A stretch of DNA of 64,000 nt from Candidatus Aenigmatarchaeota archaeon (GCA_041489155.1 JBGPQP010000003.1:47744-111743); one strand, 5' to 3'. Shown: positions 10,150 through 22,510, numbered from the stretch's first letter. Program-made: numbers and translations. Notes: a model not told the origin generated them from the sequence alone.

Positions 10150-11724
10150 ATGAGCTTCGTGAGCCATCCGATGATCAGGCCGAATGCGATAGAGTCGAGA
10201 CTCTACCAGGAAGCGATAGTCGGCAGGGCGGCAGCGAACGACCTGCTCTGTGTGTTGCCAACGGGATTGGGCAAGACTCCTATAGCCATCGTTTTAGCCG
10301 TTCACCGCCTTGAGAAATTCCCGGGCTCTAAGGTACTGGTCATGGCGCCGACCAAGCCGCTGACCGAGCAACATCTGCATTCTTTCATGCGGGCGATAAA
10401 TCTGCCGGATGAGGAGTTCGTCCTGGTCACAGGAAAGACAAAGCCTGGCAGCAGGCAGGAGCTTTACAGGAACGCCAGAATAATTTTTGCCACGCCGCAG
10501 ACCATCGAGAACGATCTGGAAGGGGGAAGGATAAACCTGGAGGACTTCTCCCTCCTGGTCTTCGACGAGGCGCACCATTCGATAGGAGATTACGCTTACC
10601 CTTACATAGCTAAGGCGTATGCCGGGCAGGCGAAGAACCGCAGGATCCTCGGCCTGACAGCATCCCCGGGCGGGACGAAGGCTAAGATAAAGGAGATCAT
10701 GGACAACCTCGGCATCCGCGAGGTCGAGATACGGACGGAGAAAGATTTCGATGTGGAGCCGTGGGTGCAGGAGAAGCATGTGGAATGGGTCTACGTCAGG
10801 CTGCCGGACGCCTTCGTTGAACTGGGCAAAACGCTCAGAAAAGCCTATATGGACAGGCTGGAGAAGCTCAGGAAAATAGGCTTCAACAAGCCCGTCGGCA
10901 TCATAAGCAAGCGTGACCTTCTGGCGCTGCAACAGAAGCTCATGGCCAGCCCCTCGCGCGACTACACCAAGTTCTGGGGCGTTTCGCTGGTCTCGCAGGC
11001 GATAAAGCTCGAGCACGCGCTCGGCCTGCTTGAGACGCAGGGCATAACATCGCTCTGGAACTACTTCAGGAAGCTGTCTTCAAGCAAGGCAAAATCGTCA
11101 CGGAGCGTGCTGAAGGACAAGAACGTGATAAAGGCGATGAAGCTATCCGAAGCGCTGGAGGCCGAAGGCCGCAAGCATCCGAAGATGGCGAAGCTCAGCG
11201 AGCTCGTTAGCTTCCAGCTGCGCGAAAAACCCGCCTCGAAAATCATCCTGTTCGCGAATTACAGGGAGATGGTCAGGGAGCTAGTCAAGACGCTGTCCAA
11301 TGTTGAAGGCGCGAGGCCTGGCGAATTCATGGGACAGAAGGAAGGGATGACGCAGAACGAACAGAAGCAGCGCATACAGGAGTTCAAGGACGGCATCTAT
11401 AACATACTGGTAACCACATCAATCGGCGAGGAAGGAATTGACATACCGGAGATGGAGCTCGCGATTTTCTACGAGCCCGTCCCTAGCGAAATTCGTTCGA
11501 TTCAGCGGCGCGGACGAGTGGGGCGAACGAAAGTCGGCAGGATAATCATACTCATGGCCAAGGGCACGAGGGACGAAGCGTATTACTGGACCGCGCAGAG
11601 AAAGGAAAGCATCATGAGGAAAACGCTGTACGAGATGAAGGAGGAATCACGATTCCCGGAGGTGCCGACGCGTCAAAGAAGAAAGATTGCCAAGAGAAAT
11701 CAGAGTAGTTTATCGGATTTCTGA
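10150..11724 (+). CDS. hef: Hef/FANCM-like DEAH helicase (no C-terminal ERCC4 nuclease)
   Basis: LPTGLGKT, APTKPL, DEAHH, GLTASPG, EEGIDIP and QRRGRVGR motifs. Confidence 0.9.
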   Translation: MSFVSHPMIRPNAIESRLYQEAIVGRAAANDLLCVLPTGLGKTPIAIVLAVHRLEKFPGSKVLVMAPTKPLTEQHLHSFMRAINLPDEEFVLVTGKTKPGSRQELYRNARIIFATPQTIENDLEGGRINLEDFSLLVFDEAHHSIGDYAYPYIAKAYAGQAKNRRILGLTASPGGTKAKIKEIMDNLGIREVEIRTEKDFDVEPWVQEKHVEWVYVRLPDAFVELGKTLRKAYMDRLEKLRKIGFNKPVGIISKRDLLALQQKLMASPSRDYTKFWGVSLVSQAIKLEHALGLLETQGITSLWNYFRKLSSSKAKSSRSVLKDKNVIKAMKLSEALEAEGRKHPKMAKLSELVSFQLREKPASKIILFANYREMVRELVKTLSNVEGARPGEFMGQKEGMTQNEQKQRIQEFKDGIYNILVTTSIGEEGIDIPEMELAIFYEPVPSEIRSIQRRGRVGRTKVGRIIILMAKGTRDEAYYWTAQRKESIMRKTLYEMKEESRFPEVPTRQRRKIAKRNQSSLSDF

Positions 11725-11736
11725 TCAGGTTAAATG

Positions 11737-12693
11737 TTATATTCGAATGTGGCGTAATTCACCTCTCGTGTATAGTGTTCTCCGTAAACGAAACAAAGCC
11801 CTTTGCCTAAGCTGACTAATTCGTACAGGTGTGACATCATATTTCCAAGCAAGTTGTCTAGTTTTCCCTAAATCAATGTTATCAGTAAACTTGAAACTCA
11901 CAACATCGCCATGTTTTCTGCCTTTTTCTACTGTTTTTATTATTCCAAATGATTCTAATAGATGTTCTGGAACATCTGAAAGAGGACCATATTTAGATTC
12001 AACGTATTTTAAAATTTCAGACCTATCCACGGGTTCAGTAGTTAAATTGTTTCTATTAAAATCATAATATTTTTCAATTATTGAAAATTCTCTCTCGGGA
12101 AGTGAGGATAGAGCTGAGTTCAAAGCCATGCACAACCTTTCTTCAAAATCAATCTCAGATGATGTTTTTTTAGATAAAATTAAGTCTTTATACCACCACT
12201 GATCTTCTTCTGTGGGTACTGGCCATTTGTCCACCAAGTTTAAAATAATACCAGCCAGACATTTTCTCATATACAGATCGTAATTCTTATCTTTGCCCGA
12301 TGTGTGTTTTCTCTGGTTACCTAAAAATTGTATAAACGCTTCCTGAATAATATCTTCCCTGTCCTCTTCTGTCGTATCCGACCTTTTTTTGTATTCCACA
12401 CAATTGTCGAATATTCTCTTCATTATTTCCAAAACCTTACCGGTTTCCATGTTTTTTTCCAACTTTCCAATTCCATTAGTGTATCCTAAAATTTTCATTT
12501 CCTCTCTCGTGGTCAAACCAAGTTCTTTCCTAACATGGGAAGGATTGCTATCGAAAAAATGTTTATAAACATCACTATGTCCTGCATCGCTTATTTCATA
12601 GATATTAGGATTCCTTCGGTTTTTTGTACAAAATCCTAAGTAAAACTCTAAAAATTCATCCCTCTTTCCCAAACATATTTCTGTATTTGCCAT
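11737..12693 (-). CDS. Sigma-70-like protein (region 2-like and region 4-like segments)
   Basis: DREDIIQEAFIQFL (region 2), ALSSLPEREFSIIEKYY (4.1) and QLAWKYDVTPVRISQLRQRALFRLR (4.2). AT-rich island. Confidence 0.65.
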   Translation of the reverse strand: MANTEICLGKRDEFLEFYLGFCTKNRRNPNIYEISDAGHSDVYKHFFDSNPSHVRKELGLTTREEMKILGYTNGIGKLEKNMETGKVLEIMKRIFDNCVEYKKRSDTTEEDREDIIQEAFIQFLGNQRKHTSGKDKNYDLYMRKCLAGIILNLVDKWPVPTEEDQWWYKDLILSKKTSSEIDFEERLCMALNSALSSLPEREFSIIEKYYDFNRNNLTTEPVDRSEILKYVESKYGPLSDVPEHLLESFGIIKTVEKGRKHGDVVSFKFTDNIDLGKTRQLAWKYDVTPVRISQLRQRALFRLRRTLYTRGELRHIRI

Positions 12694-12805
12694 ATTTCCA
12701 ATTCAAATTAAATTCTAAGATTTAAATAAGCTACTATCTTATAGTAGTTAATAATTAAAACACCACAAAAAGTTATTTTAAATCATGTAGCATAATAGTC
12801 TAATT

Positions 12806-14182
12806 ATGTATTCTCACGAAATACAGCGGCTTCTCGGGCACAAGAACATCGCCATTGGCGACAGGGTCCTCGTCCAGAAGGACGGCAAAAAGCACGAGGG
12901 CCTGCTCATGCCAAAGCCTTCCCACGGCGACGAGAGAACGGTTCTCATAAAGCTTGACAGCGGCTACAACGTCGGCTTCGATATAACCGGCCTCGTGATT
13001 TCGAAGGCGCATTCGAAAGAGCCGAAAGACGTGAAAGAAGAGGCGAAATACGAATTCGGCAGGACGAACAAAGAGCTGCTTGAACTGAAGTTCGATGCGA
13101 ACAAGCCTAAGGTCGCGCTAATCTCGACCGGCGGCACCATTGCTTCGCGGGTTGATTACAGGACAGGAGGCGTCTACGCTGTCGAGAATCCCAAGGAGCT
13201 CCTGCACAACATACCCGAGCTTTCTCACATAGTTAATCTCGAGATGTTCAGCCCGATTAAGAAGATGAGCGAGGATCTCGACCCTGAGGACTGGCAGCAC
13301 ATCGCCAGGGAGGTCGCTAAAGAGTTGAACGCCGGAAAAAAGGGTGTGATTGTAACGCACGGCACGGACACGCTGCATTACACTTCCGCTGCGTTATCAT
13401 TTTTCCTTCAGAATCTCGGCAAACCCGTCGTCCTTGTAGGCGCGCAGAGGTCGAGCGACCGGGGCTCGAGCGACGCCGGCCTGAACATCATCTGCGCGGC
13501 GCACGTCGCCGTGTCTGACATCGCCGAGGTCGGGACGTGCATGCACGGCAGCACGAATGACGCATACTGCCATTTCATCCGCGGGACGAAGGTGCGCAAG
13601 ATGCACACGACCAGGCGCGACGCCTTCCAGCCGATAAACGAGCCCGCGCTGGCGAGGGTCTTCGCTGATGGCAGGATCGATATAATCAACAAGAACTTCA
13701 GGAAAAGAGATGACAAGAAGAAGGTGGAGGTCGACGCAAAAATCGACCCGAACGTCGCGATACTCAAGGTCTATCCCGGCTCGCACTCGAATGTGATCGA
13801 TTATCACATCAGGAACGGGTGTAAAGGCTTCGTCATCGAGGGGACCGGCATGGGCCACGTGCCTACTGAAGTCTCGAAAAAGCCTTGGACCCTTGCGATA
13901 AAGAAGCACTCGGAAACCATCCCGTTTGTCATAACCTCCCAGACAATTTACGGCAGGGTAAACCCATACGTCTACACGAACCTGCGCAAGCTGTTCATCG
14001 ATTCCGGAGCGATTCCTGGCGAGGACATGACCAGCGAAACTGCGTATGTCAAGCTCATGTGGGTGCTCGGCAAGACAAAGAGTATGGAGAAGATACGCGA
14101 GATGATGCTTACGAACTACGTCGGTGAAATCACCAGCCGCACGGAAACCGACGCCTTTTCTGCAGAGGGATTGAATGAGTGA
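12806..14182 (+). CDS. gatD: Glu-tRNA(Gln) amidotransferase subunit D
   Basis: KLDSGYNVG, TGGTIASRVDY, HGTDT and QRSSDRGSSD motifs. Confidence 0.97.
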   Translation: MYSHEIQRLLGHKNIAIGDRVLVQKDGKKHEGLLMPKPSHGDERTVLIKLDSGYNVGFDITGLVISKAHSKEPKDVKEEAKYEFGRTNKELLELKFDANKPKVALISTGGTIASRVDYRTGGVYAVENPKELLHNIPELSHIVNLEMFSPIKKMSEDLDPEDWQHIAREVAKELNAGKKGVIVTHGTDTLHYTSAALSFFLQNLGKPVVLVGAQRSSDRGSSDAGLNIICAAHVAVSDIAEVGTCMHGSTNDAYCHFIRGTKVRKMHTTRRDAFQPINEPALARVFADGRIDIINKNFRKRDDKKKVEVDAKIDPNVAILKVYPGSHSNVIDYHIRNGCKGFVIEGTGMGHVPTEVSKKPWTLAIKKHSETIPFVITSQTIYGRVNPYVYTNLRKLFIDSGAIPGEDMTSETAYVKLMWVLGKTKSMEKIREMMLTNYVGEITSRTETDAFSAEGLNE

Positions 14183-15326
14183 GATTTTAACTAAAAAGTT
14201 GCACAAAAATTCAGATAGAAAATTTTCGCTTATTTTAGCTAAACCCAAAAATAAGGCAGACGTTCCTAAAAATTTGTGGGAAAAATCAAAAAGGATAGTG
14301 GTTAATCGATTTCGTGAAGAATATGTACCTCTTTATCTCTTAAATTCATATAAGATTAAGATAGATAAGTTGGTTGTGAACAACACATACGGAAGGCCTA
14401 TTAAATTTGTTACGGAATTAACAGAGGATTTCGCAAAAATAATAGGTGCTATTTGTTCGGATGGCCATATAACAACTAAATCAAAAGCTGATTATATCAT
14501 ACAGTTGGTCGATTCCGACAAAACAGCAGTCATAGCTTTTCAGAAATGGATTGAAAATATATTTGGTAGAAAGTATACTGTCAATAAGGACTATACATCG
14601 AACTCGTGGAGAATAGATATAAACAACAAGATCATAGGCCGTTACTTGGTTGATGTTATAGGGCTCCCTACCAATAAAAAATCTGATACTGTAAGATCAC
14701 CAAAAGTTATAATGAGAAGTACTTCAGATATTCAAAAGGCATTTTGCGTTGGAGCTTTAACTTTCGATGGAGGAATAGACATAAGCGGTAATATAGAATT
14801 TTTAACACGTAGCAAACAATTCTATTTGGATATTGTTAGAATCCTGAAAAGATTGAATATCGATGCGTACTACAAAAAAACAAGCGATAAAAACGGATTT
14901 TGGAGGTTCCATTTGTGCAGATCATCCCCAGAATATAAAAAATGGTTGCAACTTTTTGAAAAGGGAACAGAGAAATGGGAAAAAATAAAAGAAAACGTAA
15001 ATGGTTTCAAAAAGATACCAACTTCGGAGAACGAAGTTCTTGAAACATTCAGCAGAGTATTCCCCTCTAAAAACAGAAGCTTTGTAAACATCTCTGATTT
15101 TTTTAATTGCCTAAAGAAAGCTGGAAATTGTAATATAGAGGAACTAACGAAGAAATTAAATATAGATAAAACCACAACAAATAAATATAGAAAAGTTCTG
15201 AAAGATTGCAATATAATACGCGAAGAACACATTGAGGGCAAGAAATATAAAATAGAGATATGCTTCAATAAAAATATACACGAATGGAGAATACCAAAAA
15301 GGTCTTATAATGGAATTGGATTATAA
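14175..15326 (+). mobile_element. Free-standing LAGLIDADG homing endonuclease-like gene with a C-terminal HTH
   Basis: Two motifs, FAKIIGAICSDGHI and AFCVGALTFDGGI. Strongly AT-rich; overlaps both gatD and gatE. Confidence 0.8.
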
Positions 15327-17196
15327 AAAAATGGGTCTTAAATGTGGCATTGAGGTGCATAAACAGCTAGACACGGAACGCAAGCTTTTCTGCAACTGCA
15401 GGGCGCGCTTTTCCGAGGCGAAGCCGCAGGCAGAGGTTGTGCGGAAACTGCGAGTGGTCGCCGGCGAGACCGGCGAAATCGATGTGGCGGCGCTGGGTGA
15501 AGTTGCTAAAGGAATCGAATTCGTCTACAGGGTTTATCCCGATGAGACCTGCCTCGTCGAACTGGACGAAGAGCCAATTCATTCTCTTAATTCCGAAGCG
15601 CTTGATATTGTCCTCACCATAGGCGGACTTCTGAAGTGCGAGGTGCCAGAGGAAATCCACGTGATGAGGAAGACTGTTTTGGATGGTTCAAACACTTCCG
15701 GCTTCCAGAGGACGGCGATTGTTGGGTTGGACGGAAAAATGAAAACGTCTTTCGGCGAGGTCGGCATAGAAAACCTGTGCCTCGAGGAGGAGAGCTGCCA
15801 GATAATGGGGAGAGAGGGGAACCGCGTGTTTTATGGCCTGGACAGGCTTGGCATCCCGCTCGTCGAGATTGGCACTTCGCCCGATATCCGCTCGCCAGAA
15901 CAAGCGAGAGAAGTCGCTGAGAAACTTGGCATGATAGTGCGCTCGACCGGGAAGGTGAAGCGAGGCCTCGGCACGATCAGGCAGGACATAAATGTTTCCA
16001 TCGCGGGCGGCGCGAGAGTCGAGATAAAGGGTGTGCAGGAACTGAGGATGATTCCCAAGTTCGTCGAGAACGAGGCGCTGAGACAAAAGGCGCTGCTTGA
16101 GATAAGGAATGAGCTGAAGAAAAAAGGCTTCAAGCCGGTTAGGCCGAAAGTTGTTCATGTTTCCCACATATTCAAAGGTTCTGAATCGAAGATAACGAAG
16201 GACAAGGCAACGTATGCGATTCTCATTCCAGATTTCGCGGGCTTCATGAAAAGGCAAATCACGCCCACGAGAACGCTTGGGAATGAGATAGCGAATTACG
16301 TGAGAGCGCATTCCGACCTGAAGGGCATAATCCACAGCGACGAGGAACTCGAGAAATACAAGCTGGGCAAGGAATTTGGGAAACTCAGAACGGCGATGAA
16401 AGCGCATCATGGCGACACGCTCATAATCGCGGTCGGCGAGAAGGAAGCAGTTCAAAGGACCATGGACGTCGTTGCCCGGAGAATAAACCAGCTTACTGAA
16501 GGCGTTCCGAAGGAAGTGCGAAAAGCGCTTGAAACGGGTGAGACGGAATACATGCGTCCCCTTCCGGGGTCGGCCAGGCTTTACCCGGAGACCGACATAC
16601 CGCCGATACGCATCACCCGCAAGAAGCTCGCTGAGATTCGAAGAAATCTGCCCGAGCTGCTCGCTGAAAAGGAGGAGAGGCACAAGAAAGAGATAGTCGA
16701 GAAGTTCAGGCTAAGCGAGGAGATAACCAAGCAGCTGGTAAAGGCCGGCAAGAAAAAGCTTTTCGATGCGCTTGTGCAGACGGGCGCTGACCCGAAGGTG
16801 ATAGCCACCACGCTGACCTCAACGCTGCCTTATCTGAAGAAGAGCGGCGTCGCAATCGATAAGCTCGAGGAACGCCATTTCGCCGCGCTTTTCGTGAAAT
16901 TCAGGGAAGGACATCTGACGAAGGAAGCGCTTCCTGATGTTCTGAAAGAGCTTGCCGCCCATCCCGGCATCGACATAGAGAACGCAATAAGGAAAACGAA
17001 AATTGTCTCGCTCAAGCTGGACGATCTTAAGAAGATAATCCAGAAGACCATTGAAAAGAACAGCGAACTGGTCGGTGACGAGCGGGGCGAGAAAGTCTTG
17101 CTGGGCCTGGTCATGCAGGTGGTCAGGGGCAAGATCGACCCGACCATCGTAATGAGTGAGCTTGAGATTGCATTAAGAAAAATCAAACAAAAATAA
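15310..17196 (+). CDS. gatE: Glu-tRNA(Gln) amidotransferase subunit E
   Basis: GIEVHKQL, DGSNTSGFQRT, DRLGIPLVEI, RGLGTIRQD and YPETDIPP motifs. Confidence 0.97.
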   Translation: MELDYKKMGLKCGIEVHKQLDTERKLFCNCRARFSEAKPQAEVVRKLRVVAGETGEIDVAALGEVAKGIEFVYRVYPDETCLVELDEEPIHSLNSEALDIVLTIGGLLKCEVPEEIHVMRKTVLDGSNTSGFQRTAIVGLDGKMKTSFGEVGIENLCLEEESCQIMGREGNRVFYGLDRLGIPLVEIGTSPDIRSPEQAREVAEKLGMIVRSTGKVKRGLGTIRQDINVSIAGGARVEIKGVQELRMIPKFVENEALRQKALLEIRNELKKKGFKPVRPKVVHVSHIFKGSESKITKDKATYAILIPDFAGFMKRQITPTRTLGNEIANYVRAHSDLKGIIHSDEELEKYKLGKEFGKLRTAMKAHHGDTLIIAVGEKEAVQRTMDVVARRINQLTEGVPKEVRKALETGETEYMRPLPGSARLYPETDIPPIRITRKKLAEIRRNLPELLAEKEERHKKEIVEKFRLSEEITKQLVKAGKKKLFDALVQTGADPKVIATTLTSTLPYLKKSGVAIDKLEERHFAALFVKFREGHLTKEALPDVLKELAAHPGIDIENAIRKTKIVSLKLDDLKKIIQKTIEKNSELVGDERGEKVLLGLVMQVVRGKIDPTIVMSELEIALRKIKQK

Positions 17197-18531
<1,335 letters not shown>

Positions 18532-18550
18532 TCAGACGTCGGGCGGAAAG

Positions 18551-19357
18551 CTACAGATAGCATTTCATCTTCTCGCCGCTCACGCCTGCGTAAAGCTCTA
18601 TGTAAGGCTTCACGGGGCTCGAATTTATCTTCTTGAGCAGAACTTCCTCGACCTGGAAGAAGCCGACAGGCGAGTCCATCTCCACCGTTATCTTTATCGG
18701 CCGTTTCTGGCCTTTTTCAATCGTGACTTTATGGATCGAGGTGGATGAATATTTGTGTATGTCGCCCATCTTGCCCATGGCGGATTCCTTGATTATCATG
18801 GGTATGCGCGCGCGGCCTTTCTCCATGTCGCAGCCGTCCGCGATAAGTATTATGCCCGCCTCGAGCGAGTCGATCTTCTGACCGCCCATGTGGCCTAGAA
18901 TCCCCTCTATCGCCATCGAGCGCACGATAACCTTCTGTTCAACGTCGTCCTTGTAAACGTGCCCGAGAATCCTGTCAAGAATCGGCACTGCAAAAAGGGA
19001 AGCCGCATTCTCGTGCTTTTCGCGGCCGACGCTCATGCCTATGTCGTGCAGGAATGACGCCAGCATCACGGCGATCTTGCTGTCCTCGAACGAGCCCGCG
19101 CCCTCGCTCTCGAGATTGAGCTTGATGCCTGCCCTGTTCAGCAGGTCGATCATGGCCAGCGCGTTAATCACGACTTTCCTCATGTGCACAGGGCCGTGGT
19201 CGTTGTAGCCCAGTCTCTTTATGGAAACCGTGTTGGCGTAGTCCTGCAGGCAGTCGATTTCCCTGTCTTTCAGCATCAGCTCGGCGATTTTCAGCGGCCT
19301 GCCTGAAAGCATCTTCAGGATCTTCTCATCCATGACAGTCTCTTTGGGTGATGTCAT
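18551..19357 (-). CDS. HD-domain phosphohydrolase
   Basis: NDHGPVH, FLHDIG and ADGCD motifs. Confidence 0.85.
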   Translation of the reverse strand: MTSPKETVMDEKILKMLSGRPLKIAELMLKDREIDCLQDYANTVSIKRLGYNDHGPVHMRKVVINALAMIDLLNRAGIKLNLESEGAGSFEDSKIAVMLASFLHDIGMSVGREKHENAASLFAVPILDRILGHVYKDDVEQKVIVRSMAIEGILGHMGGQKIDSLEAGIILIADGCDMEKGRARIPMIIKESAMGKMGDIHKYSSTSIHKVTIEKGQKRPIKITVEMDSPVGFFQVEEVLLKKINSSPVKPYIELYAGVSGEKMKCYL

Positions 19358-19401
19358 ACTATCTCCTTGTTTTTCACAGAATAAAAATAAACTACAGTTC
19401 G

Positions 19402-20874
19402 TCAGCCCTCGGAGCCGCCCCAGTAATTGGGGGCTTCCTCGGTTATTATCACATCATGCGGATGCGATTCTTCGACGCCTTCTTTCGTCACGCGGATGAA
19501 CCTCGCCTTCCTTTTCATCTCGTTTATGCTGGCGCAGCCGCAATAGCCCATCGAAGAACGCAGGCCGCCGACCATCTGGAAAACCATTTCACCGACGCTC
19601 CCCCTGTAGGGCACGACTCCTTCCACGCCCTCCGGGACGAATTTCACGGCCTCGCTCTGGCCGTACCTGTCCTTTGAGCCGAGCTGCATCGCCTTTACAG
19701 AACCCATCCCCCTGTACTTCTTGTACTTCCTTCCGCCCATGTGAACGATTTCGCCCGGTGCCTCCTCGGTGCCGGCGAAAAGGGAGCCAATCATCACCAC
19801 GCTCGCGCCGGCGGCAATCGCCTTGGCGATGTCGCCAGAATTCCTTATGCCTCCGTCGGCTATCACCGAGATTTTGCGTTTTTCCGCTGCATCGGAGCAT
19901 TCCTGCACCGCGGTTACCTGCGGCACCCCGATGCCGGCGACGATTCTCGTCGTGCATATCGAGCCCGGCCCGATGCCGACTTTAACAGCGTCAGCGCCTG
20001 CCGCTATAAGATCACGGGTGCCTTCCGCTGTAGCCACGTTCCCCGCTATCACGTCAATGTCATGTGCCCTTTTCAGCTGCCTGACCATTCTTATCACGTT
20101 CTCGCTGTGGCCGTGGGCCGTGTCGACCGTCAGGATATCAACGCCGGTCTTTATCAACGCCTCGGCCCTCGCCGTGTCGAACGGCCCTATTGCCGCTCCC
20201 ACGAGAAGACTCCCTTCCCTGTCCTTGGATGCATGCGGGTACTTCTGGGTCTTCTTAAGGTCAGCGAAGGTTATAAGGCCTTTGAGTCTCCCTTTCTCGT
20301 CCACTATCGGAAGCTTTTCCACCTTGTGTTTGTTCATGATTTCCACGGCTTCAACCAGGTCGGCCCTTCTTGTGATTATCGGATTCTTCGTCATCATGTT
20401 CCTTACCTTCTCGTTCGGGTCGTTTTTGAACCACATGTCCCTGCTGGTGAGAATGCCGACGACTTTCCCGTTCTCCACAACTATGAAACTCCCTACGCCC
20501 GTTTTCTTGGAAACTTCCCAGACCTTCGCAAGGGTGTCGCCCGGAGCAACTGTCAGAGGATTGCGAATTATCCAGGACTCGGATTTCTTTACCCTCCCGA
20601 CTTCCTCCGCCTGCTTCTCGACGGGCATGTTCTTGTGTATTATGCCCATCCCGCCTTCCTGCGCCAGGGCGATGGCCATCTGAGATTCAGTGACAGTGTC
20701 CATCGCAGCGCTCATGATGGGTATGTTGAGAGAAATCCTTTTCGTCAGCCTGGTCTTGGTGTCAACGTCCTTGGGGATGACGCTTGATCGTCTTGGTACT
20801 AGCAGAATGTCATCGAACGTCAACGCTATCTTCCTTCTGAGCCTTTTCATCCGCGCACCTTTCCTCCAATCCAT
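19402..20874 (-). CDS. guaB: IMP dehydrogenase
   Basis: [18 protein letters not shown] pair, [10 protein letters not shown] and YRGMGS motifs. Confidence 0.98.
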   Translation of the reverse strand: MDWRKGARMKRLRRKIALTFDDILLVPRRSSVIPKDVDTKTRLTKRISLNIPIMSAAMDTVTESQMAIALAQEGGMGIIHKNMPVEKQAEEVGRVKKSESWIIRNPLTVAPGDTLAKVWEVSKKTGVGSFIVVENGKVVGILTSRDMWFKNDPNEKVRNMMTKNPIITRRADLVEAVEIMNKHKVEKLPIVDEKGRLKGLITFADLKKTQKYPHASKDREGSLLVGAAIGPFDTARAEALIKTGVDILTVDTAHGHSENVIRMVRQLKRAHDIDVIAGNVATAEGTRDLIAAGADAVKVGIGPGSICTTRIVAGIGVPQVTAVQECSDAAEKRKISVIADGGIRNSGDIAKAIAAGASVVMIGSLFAGTEEAPGEIVHMGGRKYKKYRGMGSVKAMQLGSKDRYGQSEAVKFVPEGVEGVVPYRGSVGEMVFQMVGGLRSSMGYCGCASINEMKRKARFIRVTKEGVEESHPHDVIITEEAPNYWGGSEG

Positions 20875-20988
20875 GTACTTCCGTCTGGGTGTTGCTTTGA
20901 GAAGATTATTGACTCGTGGTTTTTAAAGTTTTCCCCTCCCGACTGGACAATTGAAAACGTTTTATCTGTCCTCAGGCAAAAAAATAAT

Positions 20989-22404
20989 ATGATAGGTTTC
21001 TTTTTCACGGCCTTGGCTTTCATTATTCTGGTATTTTTTATCGCAAGACCGGTTTCAATAAATGTCCCAGGCCTTGGCCGGAAGCTGAAGTTAGACTACG
21101 CCGCAGGTAGCGTAATTGGCGTTTCCCTTTTGCTGCTGGCAAGCGTCCTTGCGCCGCATCAGGCCTTCGCCTCGCTCATCGGCCGGCCGGGCTTCAGCCC
21201 TTACACGATAATCATCCTTTTCATGGCCGTCGCCTACATAGCGATTTCCCTCGACAGCACCGGCTTCTTCGAATACCTGGCGCTCAAGATAGCCAAGCGC
21301 TCCGGTGGCGACGGGCGCAAACTGTTCTTCTATTTCTACTTCCTAAGCGGCTTCATCACGCTTTTCACGTCCAACGATATCGTAATCCTTACGCTCACGC
21401 CGATCATCTTCTACTTCGGCAAGCATGCGAAAATCAAAGTCCTGCCGTATCTCATCGCCGAGTTTTTTGCGGCAAATATCTGGAGCATGTTCCTTTACGT
21501 GGGCAACCCCACGAATATAATCGCGGCTTCAGCGAGCGGCATAGGCCTGATAGAATACAGCGTATGGATGATACTTCCAACGATAGCAGCCGGTCTCTCC
21601 TGCCTGGTACTGCTTTACTTCGTCTTCAGGGAACAGGTAAGCTTCAAATTCAAAGTCCCTCACGTTAACCCAGACGATTTCCTCAAGGACAGGCGCTGCG
21701 CCTTCGTGACCTTCACCGTCTTCTGCCTGACCCTGGTCACCCTCAGCCTTTCGCCTTTCATCGGTGTTGAGATGTGGGTGGTATCTCTGTTATTCGCCGT
21801 TGCGCTGTTCATTTACGACACGGGCAGCGCCTTCAGCGAATACTACAACGAGAAGATGACCTTCTACCACGTGTTCAAGCGCTATGTGCTGCGCCACAGG
21901 ACGAAGATATACCAGTTTCGCCTGCACCTCATAGCAGAGAGGATGCCGTGGAAAATCGTTCCCTTCCTCCTGTGCTCCTTCGTGATGGTCGAGGCGCTTG
22001 TCGTGAGCGGCGTTACCGATGCCGCAGCGGCATTCTTTTCTTCGATATCTGCCAACATATTCATGGCGGTCCTGTCCATGGGCTTCCTTTCCAGCCTAGC
22101 GGCGAATCTCGTCAACAACCAGCCGATGACCGTCCTCTTCACGAAAATCACTGAGAGCAGCCAGTTCGCCATGCCTGCAAGCACAAAGCTTGCCTCTATA
22201 TTCTCGCTTATAATAGGCAGCAACCTCGGAGCGAATATCACGCTCATCGGCGCCCTCGCAGGCATAATGTGGTCGAAAATCCTGAAGGACAAGAACCAGA
22301 CGGTCACCTACCGCGGCTTCGCCGAGCTCGGCTTCCTCGTTATGCCTTTGGTCATCCTTGCCGCCTGCGGCGTGCTTGCGCTGGAGTTCTTTTTCTTCGG
22401 CTAA
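20989..22404 (+). CDS. ArsB/NhaD (IT superfamily) anion transporter
   Basis: Multiple TM segments; SNDIVILTLTP, GNPTNII, NNQP and GSNLGANIT.IGALAG motifs. Confidence 0.85.
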   Translation: MIGFFFTALAFIILVFFIARPVSINVPGLGRKLKLDYAAGSVIGVSLLLLASVLAPHQAFASLIGRPGFSPYTIIILFMAVAYIAISLDSTGFFEYLALKIAKRSGGDGRKLFFYFYFLSGFITLFTSNDIVILTLTPIIFYFGKHAKIKVLPYLIAEFFAANIWSMFLYVGNPTNIIAASASGIGLIEYSVWMILPTIAAGLSCLVLLYFVFREQVSFKFKVPHVNPDDFLKDRRCAFVTFTVFCLTLVTLSLSPFIGVEMWVVSLLFAVALFIYDTGSAFSEYYNEKMTFYHVFKRYVLRHRTKIYQFRLHLIAERMPWKIVPFLLCSFVMVEALVVSGVTDAAAAFFSSISANIFMAVLSMGFLSSLAANLVNNQPMTVLFTKITESSQFAMPASTKLASIFSLIIGSNLGANITLIGALAGIMWSKILKDKNQTVTYRGFAELGFLVMPLVILAACGVLALEFFFFG

Positions 22405-22510
22405 GCCATTTTGCGGGTTGCATGTTTGATGTCCCTTGGGACAGACCTGCGTCTGCGAAGGTTCAAAACAAAAAGAAAAAGAAAAGATTGTATCGTTGGC
22501 CATCTCTGCT

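Noticed and set aside
10150..11724. Hef as a truncated pseudogene
   Set aside because: All helicase motifs are present and the ORF ends cleanly with a QSSLSDF PIP-box-like tail. Helicase-only forms are plausible.
14175..15326. Intein or group I intron in gatD/gatE
   Set aside because: Both host genes are complete, and the ORF has its own start and stop in another frame. No Cys/Ser...His-Asn splice motifs.
19741..20787. Long antisense ORFs (also 38570-39679, 50930-52069, 15688-16683, 37562-38494, 61830-62807)
   Set aside because: They are shadows of well-supported genes on the opposite strand and have no motifs of their own.
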